A stretch of DNA of 64,000 nucleotides, from assembly GCA_015680685.1 (NCBI GenBank), contig MNCI01002312.1, forward strand, positions 102,655-166,654, given 5' to 3'. Of the stretch, positions 27,500 to 37,369 are shown piece by piece. This stretch comes from Gnetum montanum. Lineage: Eukaryota; Plantae; Gnetophyta. The notes under the pieces were generated by a model. It was given only the letters and a program-made list of their open reading frames with translations. It made no database searches and had not been told where the DNA came from. The position numbers and the translations under genes were made by a program. The stretch's first letter is position 1; each line of letters begins with the position of its first letter.

Positions 27500-30446
27500 A
27501 AATTAATGTAGCTTCTTCATGTTCATGGTGGTGGTGGCTCTTTCATTATGCGTTTCCTTTTCTCATCTATCTTTTTAAACTAATACTTGTTTAACAATGC
27601 TCCTAATGTTTCTTCTTTAGTTCTAGGATATTGCACCACCCATGCTAATTTAGCAATGTTTGCAAGTGTTGATACTTCCCAAGAACATTGTATTTGTTAG
27701 AACATTTTGTTAGCCTTGAAATACTATGTTTCAAATTGTGTTATTTCTATCTCAAAGGATTTGGCCATCTTCTACAATTTTTGATAATTAGTCATTCTTT
27801 TGGCCAAATTCACTACAATATCTTTCTGGTCTTGATAGCTAGATTTGACTACTTGGAGTTAAACATTTATGATGTGAAACTTTTAATGTGCATCTTTTTT
27901 ATTTGCAAACTTCTTTTTATTCATAGAACACACTGTAGTCACTTGTTGTTTTAATTCTGTTCTTGGCATGCCTATTATCAACATGGGTAAGTTAGTATAT
28001 GATAAATCTGTTAGTCCCATGTATTTTGTTAAATCTTCCATATGTAGGATTTTGTTATTTAGTTTAGCTTGATGGAAAATGGGAAGATTTTCTAGGATGG
28101 GTTGTCAATTAGGTGTTTGCTACATGATGGAACTAATTTTGACCTTAGCCAACTATATCTCTTTCTCGTTGATTTACTTGTACATGCCCACTTGATCTTT
28201 TAAATGCTTCTTGAGCCTTTTTATGTTTCTTGCCCACATTTTACCATGAGATAATATCAACAGCTGAATTTTATTTGACTATCCATACTTCTTTCATTGA
28301 TAGGGTTTTTTTTTTCACTAATAAATTATCTTTTGTCAAGCTTAACTCTAGAAAACTGCTAGCTTAATTGATGGATACTTTCTTCAAGTATGTTTTTCTA
28401 CTTCTCAATGTTTGTCAACCTTAAATTCTATGCAGCAATCCTTTTATTTTCTTCTTTCAATGTAGCAATAGCCTTATCATGAAAATAAGTTTAAGCATCT
28501 TCTGCTAAGGCATTCTACATTGCCTTTTCATTCTTCATCTTCAGTTTTAATGTTTAACCATTAGTTAATGAATTTGTTCATCTCTCAATTGTGACAACTA
28601 GTTTGGTGCAATGTGTCAAGAAGGATCTTATCTTTCAAATCTTAATGTAACTAGTTCCTCTTGGATCCTTTTCACTTTACTTTCTGCATGTTGCATCTTG
28701 GTTTCTTCCATGACTAACTAGCCTTCTATAGCTAATTATGACTATACTGCAATAATATCATTAGGAATATCAAAATGATTTTGCATATCTTGTCCTATCT
28801 CTAGCAATATTTTCAAGACATCTTAATGTTTAGTAGGGAAAATAATTTTCTTTCCTAATGTTTTGGTTAATGTTTCTACATGTTTAGCTCTAGAAATATC
28901 TACTAGTGACATAGTAGAAACATTAAATAAATTAATGTGATTTGTTATTACTTTTATGGATCCAGCTGCATCTTGGTGTTGCACCACCACTACAATGGCT
29001 TCTTCTCTAGTTTCTAACATCACTTAGAATGATGTAGCCTTCTTAGAAATTTTTTATGTCCAATCATCATCCTCATTTTCCTACAAAGTTATTTAACCTC
29101 TAGAAGTTCCTGTGGATACTGCAGGTGTACTTGGATTATCCTTTACTCTGTACATACTTAAGAATTCCTTGTTTTCCTAAATGATTATCTTAGTAATTTG
29201 CTACAACTGACTCATAAAATACTTATAGTCTAGTTATTATGCTAGTGGAACACTTGGTCCTAATTGTTCCATAGTTGGGATTGATCCACTAGGTCTTGCT
29301 TGTTTCATTGCTATGAACAGAATGTCTACCATTAGTGTTGACCTTGTTGTGGCCTTAGTGCCTACTAGTTTCTCTACTTAATCTTTCTTGGGTGACACTA
29401 GCTTGGAGATTTTTTCATATGAAGCATTTTGGACATTCCAAAGAACATCATTGTATAGTCGAAGATTCTAGCTTATCTACATAACTTTCTAATAAGACAA
29501 GGAAATGGAAGAGTGGGTTTCCCTATATTCTACTCTTCAAACCTTCTCTATATTTCTAGAAAAACTAGATGGGCTATGTTAGCCTAGAATTTCTCCATTA
29601 AGATAGCAATTCCTCTGGCAGCATAGGTATAAATTTTGTTAAGTATCTTGGTTGGGAAAATATGATATGTACCAATCTTGAAGTAGATATTTTTTACAAT
29701 GGATAATCCATTATACTATTTGTTTGTAGTTTCATATGTCCTCTGCAACCATAAACTTCTCACATCTATGTTAGACCATGTGGAGATTTGAGTGATGTTA
29801 GCCATAACATTTGATACGTTTAATATCTTTGTGATTTCTTCAACCAAATCTAGCACTATTACATCCTTAATCTTTATGGTTACATCATCTTATTTATTCT
29901 ACTACAATTGATGAAAACATTCTTGAACACTTATTTTCTCTTGTAGTATCTCATAGGAAATCTTCACCAAAAGAATTTGTAAAGAAATGTTCTCCTCTTA
30001 GGAAAGAAACTTTTTATTCCTTGAAGTATTTTTCTTATTCACTATGCTTGAGGTGCTTTCTAAATTCCCCTCCTCCTTTTCTACTATAGCATCACTACTT
30101 ATTTTCCTTTATGGCTCCTTAATTCTTTCTATCATTGAAGATGTTACCTCCTCTTTAGTCCTTGATGTTGATGTCAAAGGATCCCATTAGTTGATACTAG
30201 ATGTAAACATTAGACTTCCTAAGTTTTGACATAAAGGGGACCTAAAGTATACCTCAAAAGTGACATCTAATTTCTTCTCTTCTTTCTCAGTAAATAAAGT
30301 TTCCATTACCTTTATTAATCCATAATAAAATATAAAATTAAACCTCTTAATCACCATTTTTCTTTTCCTTTTTTATTCTCCTGGGGTAGTTTCTCTATTT
30401 CCTCTACTACCCCTTAATAGATAACTAGTTTCTAATTAGGTGTCAT
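27500..30446 (-). pseudogene. Degenerate extra ORF (ORF2) of copy R
   Basis: Fragments such as ORF 28823-29023 match motifs of copy B/C ORF2. Boundaries approximate. Confidence 0.65.
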
Positions 30447-31359
30447 TTTCTAGAGCATAGTCCTGCATAATCCATACAACTACATGTTCATACACTTTTG
30501 GTCATTTTATGGAGTAGACTTGATAAGGGTGTAGCACTAGAAGTAAATTATTACTAAGAAAAGAAAAAAGGAAGAGGTTAATACTAAAAGTAGATTCTAT
30601 GTTAAAAGAAGAGAGGATTCCTATGATAAAGAGCTATGGAGGTATTAAAACTTGAATAGTGGTTTATGTTCCTTGAAGATTTTTCAAATGCCCAAGTAAT
30701 AAGCTTGAGAATATTTTGGAATAATAGCTTTGTTGGATTATAAAATCTAATTGAATGAGCATGCTTAACTTATTACTTTAAAATAAAAGCTTCAATTCCA
30801 ATTTCTTTTTGGCTCTAGCACATCAGCTATTGTTTAATTAATATTCTAAAATTGCAAAAAGAATGAGATGAGCCATGCTAAGGCTACTGAAAGTAGAAAT
30901 TATTTTAGCCATGGAAAACCTTATGAGAAAAAACTTCATTGCACCCACTTTAAAGTTAATGCTCTCATTAGTTGTAGTTTCTTTTGCTTTTGGTGCCACC
31001 ATTAGCTCCTTACAATAAGGATCCAGGGTTATGAAGGTAGAAAAGACATATCAAAGATATTTAAGCTCTAAAAAATAAAGGAAATGAAGCTACATAAGAC
31101 ATTATCAATATATCAAGCTTATTAGAAGTATTATGACTGTAATGGCTTGAAGAATAACTTAGCACAAATATGTTACCTCATAAGCTATTTTAATCAAGCT
31201 CTAGTATATAAAATTTTATAAATGATGTAAAGTCTAAGTTGCAATATTACGTGTAATGAGTAAAAACATCTCATAATAGTTTTGGAATTGTTGTGATTAA
31301 GAGATTTTGGGTATTTGTGGATTCTCATCTAGATGAGATTCACCCATTTGGTTGCTCAA

Positions 31360-32420
31360 AAGCTCATCTTGATCTTCTGACACCACATCGGCTTTGCTAC
31401 ATATAAGCTTTCCATGTCATCTTCTCTCTACATCAACACACTATTAAGCCTATTCATAAGAATGATTTTTGCTACTACAAACCCACTTTTCCACTTAGCA
31501 AGCTTTGACATTAGCACTTATATTAAGCTTCCTTTTTTATCTAGATGAGATTTTTAGCCTCTACCACATCATCTTCTATCCACATCAGCATGATGTCAAC
31601 AATGCCACATCAGCAACTAGACAAATTACACTTTTCATCTAGATGGGTTTTGCTTCCTCTACCATGTCATCTTCTACAAGCATTAGCATGATGTTTGCAT
31701 ATGTCATGCTAGCATCTCATACATGTTAGCTAGAGGCCAAGTTAGCACACCATATCAGCATTGCCACATTAGGTTCTATCACATCATTGTGAGGTTGGAA
31801 AGTTGCCACATCAACTTCTAGAGGTGGCTCATAATGGTGATTACTACCTGAATGAATATGTTCTACCACATCAACATATGTCATGTCAACATAAATTTCA
31901 TGCCATGTCAACTCATAGAACCAACTTGTGAAGTAAAAATTCAGCCCTACAAGGTCTCTTTTCCATGTCAATAGTTCCATGATGACTTTGCCACTTTAGC
32001 TTTCTACTATGTCAACATTTTGATTTAGTTTGAAGGATGAAATTTCTCCTCTATAGAATATCTCTACCATGGATCCACATTAGCATGACATTAGCATCTA
32101 GATGAAGCATTATTTTTCATCTAGATGGGTTCCATTGCCTCTATCATGTTAGCATGATATCATTAGTGACATCAACAAAGTGGCATGTTAACTTGTAGAG
32201 GTAGTTCATGAGGATTATTTTAGGCTCTATAAACTTACTCTACCATGTTAGCATCAGTGACATCATTATGACATCAACATTATGCCATGTTAGCATGTAG
32301 ACCCATTTCACACAGTTAAAATATGAACTAGCTCTACCAACTTAGCATGATGCCATGTCATCATAGTCACATCAACACCTCACTACGTCAGCATGTATAG
32401 CTCATTTTCAAGGCCACATT
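31360..32420 (+). repeat. Degenerate tandem array of gccacatcagca / catgtcagca / tcatctagatg motifs in U3
   Basis: Many interspersed variants; consistent with deaminated GCCACGTCAGCA units. Confidence 0.7.
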
Positions 32421-32822
32421 CCAACCCCATTCAAGAGCACATGAGGATCTATCCATTGAATCAAATCATTAAAAAATGTAATGTTACAAGAAGTTACTCC
32501 ATGGTTGGAAATTAAATAGCTTTAAAACTAAATTCAATGAACCAGGCTCTCTTAATGAAATGTGATTATCATTGAAGGAACTCAAAATGTGGAGGATTTG
32601 TAAGATAGTTATCCAACATCCTATGTAAAGAGGACATTTGGCGGCTATAGCTTTTAACTTCTATGGTAGTTGTAACTAAATTCTTGAATATTTGTAACTA
32701 ATTTTAAATTCAAATGATGTTAGTAACTACCAAGAAACCACTATAAAAGGGCTTCAAGGATTAAAAAAAGTGGATGAAGGAACTAAGAAGAAATATTGAA
32801 GATTAGTTGTAAAATGGCTTAT

Positions 32823-33759
32823 TAATGAGTGTCAAAATGTTGTGTCAATGGGTTCCCATTGATGTGGCCTTGTCAATGGGCCCTTGTTGATGGGGCCCCA
32901 TTTACATGATGTTGTCTCATCAATGAGGTCATGTCAATGTAGCATTTCCTAGATTGACAAGGCCTTGTCGATGTAGCCCTAGAATAAAACCTATAAATAT
33001 GAGCTCCCCACCTATGTTTATGCATCAAAATTCATAAGAGTAGCAGAGCTCTTATAGTTTTTACATTTGAATGTTAGAATATTTTCCTGAGTGCTAGCAA
33101 TAGGAATCGTTGAGTGTATGGATGTTTATTCCAACATTGTTGTACCTAAGCACAATAGTATGTATGATAATAAAGATGATCTTCTTGATAAACTTTGCAA
33201 CATTATGGATAGTTTAGATATTTATTCATGCATTTAATGCTTTCAGTTATTTATTTAATGTTTTCCATTAATCAAGCTAATTAAGCTAGATAGATTAAAT
33301 ACATAAGTATGACCACTTTGAGCATAACACGTATTCACATGATAATCCTAGTAACATTATTGCTTGGTGCACCTAGTAGCGTAATGCTTGGTAACTCAGT
33401 AGTGGATATGTGGGTTTAAGAAATGTATGAAAAGTGAGATTGGATGCTTGTGTTAGGACTAGCTAGAGACTAGTTAGTTAATTAAATCAAATTAGTTATT
33501 AAATCACTCTATCTCTCTTTTTAAGTACCAAAGAACAAAAAACATAAAATGATAAAAATCATATACCTCGATTACACTTAATCATACCATGTGTGTCACA
33601 AGTGTAATTGGAAAGATAACAAATGACCTTTGGGAAAGATTCACTTACTAGAAGACTAGTGCATTTGAAATTAGGAATTCCACAAAATTAAATTGGATTG
33701 TGCTTGAATGCTTCATGATTCATATGGTTGACCATAGTAGTACCATTAATCACTTATCA
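32823..33759 (+). repeat. 5' LTR of copy C
   Basis: taatgagtgtcaaa...cttatca; direct repeat of 46960-47890. Confidence 0.9.
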
Positions 33760-33760
33760 T

Positions 33761-33778
33761 TGGTGCTATTGCTGAAGA
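33761..33778 (+). promoter_or_regulatory. tRNA-Asp primer-binding site (Athila-type), decayed
   Basis: tggtgctattgctgaaga equals TGGCGCCGTTGCCGGGGA after C>T/G>A transitions. Confidence 0.75.
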
Positions 33779-35151
33779 CTTTGTTTGTTGAAACATGTAC
33801 TATCTAGGTTTAGTGGATATCATTAATATCATTAGATGAACCTTAACATTAATATCATTTCCAAATAAGATAACGACAAAAACACATTGATACTTTATTT
33901 GCTTACAAAATGTCTTCTTCTCATAGGTGAATTGATATGAAACCACTGGTCCCACAAGAGCGCGAAGTGACATAGACTCATCTAGATTATTACGTGCCTA
34001 ATTTCACCTTTATCCTTGTTGGCGACCGTTTGGGATGCGACCGCCAAAAAGTGTCCTCGAATAGGATTTAGGTGCCTGCTGGTCTCTGGCAACACCAAGG
34101 CCCAGATACCTTCAAATAAACTCAGTAGTTAATGTGAGTATGTGTGTGTGCTGTTGCNNNNNNNNNNNNNNNNNNNNNNNNNNNNNNNNNNNNNNNNNNN
34201 NNNNNNNTTCACAATAAAGCTATTCCAAATTCAATATCTACGAATTATTCAAACCTCCAAGGCTCAACCAAGCAATATCTTCAAGAAAATCCTACTGTGC
34301 AACCAAAAATTGCTGCGTAAACTACCACGTACGAGACTCCACTTTGACTAGACAATAGATGCCAATGATTGCATTCAAAAAGAACCTTTAAAATACTTGA
34401 CAATTTTTGATTGAAATAACACAGAAAATCACTTTAAAGATAAAGAAGCTATTCTGGTCCCATCAAAATACCAAAGATTTTCTGAACCCTCTCGACTACT
34501 AAATTGNNNNNNNNNNNNNNNNNNNNNNNNNNNNNNNNNNNNNNNNNNNNNNNNNNNNNNNNNNNNNNNNNNNNNNNNNNNNNNNNNNNNNNNNNNNNNN
34601 NNNNNNNNNNNNNNNNNNNNNNNNNNNNNNNNNNNNNNNNNNNNNNNNNNNNNNNNNNNNNNNNNNNNNNNNNNNNNNNNNNNNNNNNNNNNNNNNNNNN
34701 NNNNNNNNNNNNNNNNNNNNNNNNNNNNNNNNNNNNNNNNNNNNNNNNNNNNNNNNNNNNNNNNNNNNNNNNNNNNNNNNNNNNNNNNNNNNNNNNNNNN
34801 NNNNNNNNNNNNNNNNNNNNNNNNNNNNNNNNNNNNNNNNNNNNNNNNNNNNNNNNNNNNNNNNNNNNNNNNNNNNNNNNNNNNNNNNNNNNNNNNNNNN
34901 NNNNNNNNNNNNNNNNNNNNNNNNNNNNNNNNNNNNNNNNNNNNNNNNNNNNNNNNNNNNNNNNNNNNNNNNNNNNNNNNNNNNNNNNNNNNNNNNNNNN
35001 NNNNNNNNNNNNNNNNNNNNNNNNNNNNNNNNNNNNNNNNNNNNNNNNNNNNNNNNNNNNNNNNNNNNNNNNNNNNNNNNTGATAAAATATTATAATTGT
35101 AACTATCATAGGAAGTTACAACTTCCATAGGAATAATAGCCAAATGTCTCC

Positions 35152-35158
35152 TTTTATA
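35152..35158 (-). promoter_or_regulatory. TATA box of the solo LTR
   Basis: Minus strand reads cctataaaagg, the same motif as ctataaaagg at 32741 and at a similar distance from the LTR end. Confidence 0.65.
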
Positions 35159-35285
35159 GGATGTTACAAAAATATTTCATAACTGGCTTTTCATCATTTT
35201 CTTAAATCATAAAATATTTTATTATTATTTATATCATAGTAGTAAAGATAGTAACCATGGAGTTGTTGCTCATTTCATCATCCAT

Positions 35286-35540
35286 CTTCATAAGCTTTTC
35301 CTCTGCTTTGGATAAGTTTATGCTGCCTCCACATTTAGTTGACAATGCAAATATCATAATTGACAAAGCGGACATTCATTCTTTGATCTTCTTTCAGCAT
35401 TTTGTTCTAATGATAATAAAGTCACGTTGAAGCAACTTCAAATAATTGACCTCCCAACACCAGAGGCAATATTCGGATTCATCCTCACGCTGATTATCAA
35501 TATTATCTTTGTTAATACCGTAGCATGGACGTTGCCTGAT
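35286..35540 (-). pseudogene. FAS1: Captured fragment of chromatin assembly factor-1 large subunit (FASCIATA1/p150) N-terminal region
   Basis: Translates IRQRPCYGINKDNIDNQREDESEYCLWCWEVNYLKLL..IIIRTKC*KKIKE*MSALSIMIFALS..INLSKAEEKLMK. This matches the recalled FAS1 motifs GQRV.YGV..EDE.ESCLWCWE.RDLK..RTCRKKIHERITAVSAM..DLSKA.EKLGK. Both stops are TGA at Arg (CGA) positions. Not in the supplied ORF track. Confidence 0.8.
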
Positions 35541-35993
35541 GTTGCTGTAGATGTTTCATATGGCTTTGGCTCTCCCAGGGGCCGCATTTCACGGTTCAAT
35601 TGGTGATGATGGCCACGACGGCCACCATTCCACCATTGCTCGGCCTCTTCATTGTCCTCTCGTTGCTCTGCTACCGTTGACTGGAAACCCTACAAACCCT
35701 TGCTGCAGAAACTTGCGAGAAACCCTGCCATTTTCGTGAACGTCGCGGTTGCACGTTTCTCTTGACGTACGTCCACAACGTCGTGCCGATGCCACCACCG
35801 TCCTGCTGCTGCTGATATTGCCCACGCGCAGTCCTCCTTTTTGCGGCCACTGCTGCTCCGTCGTCCTCTCCATCGGTGCCCATTGTATTATATTTTTTTG
35901 TTTTATTTTTTGGGGTCACCGCGCCAGCCTTGAACTCTGTCCGCGCCCGCTTCTTGCTAAGCTCCTCAATGGCCTTTCTTAGCTGCTCCACCT
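35541..35993 (-). pseudogene. GC-rich exon-like captured fragment(s) of unidentified gene(s)
   Basis: Abrupt GC/CpG-rich segment; translates [29 protein letters not shown]...QYQQQQDGGG. Confidence 0.45.
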
Positions 35994-36817
35994 TTGAATT
36001 CATCAGAATCATGTGCAAGTAAGATGAATAGATCATCATCAGTTACATCTGAATACAGACGACCAGGAGCACTAAAATTTCTAATAAAGAGACCAATTGC
36101 CACTGGTATGAACATTGGATTTTTGACAAGTTGGCCAGGCGTAGGAGGAATTTCCTGCCTAAACCTGAGAGTAAATGTTTTTTCTTCTGCGTCGTAATGT
36201 GATTTTACTTGCAGAACAGGGGTTCCAGCCTGTGAATTCCATAACAAGAAATTTGAAAAATTCTATTTATTTGCATCTCTCATTGCAGCAAAAAGTCTTC
36301 ACATGTGACTGCCTGCCCATCATGTCTTTGAAAGTAGAGATCCATCAGCGTAATTACTATCAGTTGCTGTCTCTGGGGATGCTAAGACAAGTCTTGAATT
36401 GAATATATTAAGGCTTTTGTTTTCCATTGCACCCATGTTAAAATCAGGTATAGCAACTATATTAAATAGATCAAGATCATATTCCAAACCAAACACATCC
36501 TCATCCCATTTCATTGCTGCTTTAAGGGAATACATAGCATAAGCAGTCTTTGAAAAGTCCTCTGCAGGAGTCCAAATGCGGAGGTTAACAGTGCGTCCCG
36601 ATTTTGTTACAAAAGTGTCATCCCTGCTAACTAACCGGCCTGCAACCAAAGCAAAAAGATAGGAAGGCTTCTTAAAAGGATCCTCCCATACTGCATAGTG
36701 CCTGCCACCCTCTAAGTCTCCATGTTCCTTCAAATTACCATTCGACAAGAGAACTGGATACAATGCCTTATCAGCCTCAATCCAAGTTGTATATTTGGCC
36801 ATTATATCTGGATGGTC
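35994..36817 (-). pseudogene. Processed, internally deleted fragment of plant M1 aminopeptidase N-like gene (At1g63770-type)
   Basis: [51 protein letters not shown] (36817-36346); [31 protein letters not shown] (36345-36089); [15 protein letters not shown] (36088-35994). No introns; the HExxH region is missing; frameshifts and a stop. Confidence 0.95.
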
Positions 36818-37004
36818 CAATGCCCTGCTTGGGTTTTCATTGTTGTTTAGATAGCACAATAATGTTTCCATAAATGAGGTTGATGCCGTTGATGACATTT
36901 GATAACAGGAACAGGTCAAATATATCAACCTTCACATAACCAAGGCTGAATGAATCTCGTATGAACTTAAAGGAGAGAATCTTCATTGTCCGATTTCAAC
37001 AAGG

Positions 37005-37080
37005 AATGAAATCCCATGGAATGGTAAGATTTTTGCATATGGGCCACATGGTCCTTGGAAGGAGGCTCTGCAACTTTTGT
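37005..37080 (+). pseudogene. Possible PLS-class PPR motif fragment
   Basis: TRNEIPWNGKIFAYGPHGPWKEALQLL resembles the PPR consensus [26 protein letters not shown]. Confidence 0.5.
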
Positions 37081-37369
37081 CTATTGGTTGGTTCAAGGAT
37101 GCAAGAACAAGGCCTCTAAGATTTTGGGACATTCAACCATACCTTTGTGGATGCGAACCAATTAGCCAAAAGCTTGTCTTAATCAACATGATAGACTCCA
37201 AGGTGAAGAAACAGAATCTCAAAAATCTCTTTTTAATTTTTCAAAAATCACCATAACCTTATAAAGCCTATTCCATGAAATGGCCAAAATGTGCTAACAA
37301 TCCTACATTAGGATGAGCAACTATGATGGCGTGATATGGAGGGAAACATTGTATTGCCCCCTAATCAAT

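Larger units (their letters stand above)
26541..30484 (-). mobile_element. Reverse-oriented Athila-related element (copy R): extra ORF, PPT and 3' LTR
   Basis: Minus strand shows ggacaagtttt..ttttgggggta|TGA at 27290; the LTR ends TTACTATCA at 26541. ORF2 homology: CSWEVSTLANIAKLAWVVQYPRTKEE and LETREEAIVVVVQHQ. Confidence 0.75.
34017..37299 (-). mobile_element. Young Tat-family solo LTR carrying captured host gene fragments
   Basis: Termini TGTTGGC.../...GCTAACA; perfect TSD ATCCT (34012-34016 / 37300-37304); interrupts sequence that is contiguous in copy B (~5405). Ends are homologous to the Tat LTR at 30485/55553 and 48810-48967. Contains two N gaps. Confidence 0.9.

Noticed and set aside
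31360-32420. CRISPR-like repeat-spacer array
   Set aside because: Irregular degenerate units with no constant repeat or unique spacers, in a eukaryotic LTR context with no cas genes.
34142-35143. Long ORFs in the ORF track (up to 226 aa)
   Set aside because: Composed of N-gap X residues.
36320-36928. Functional aminopeptidase gene or bacterial pepN contamination
   Set aside because: Lacks the HExxH site, has frameshifts, shows plant-type residues ([15 protein letters not shown]) and lies inside a TSD-bounded LTR.
34017-37299. Pack-MULE, CACTA or Helitron as the carrier
   Set aside because: The 5-bp TSD, TG...CA ends, only ~7-bp imperfect inverted termini and direct homology to the Tat LTR fit an LTR, not these classes.
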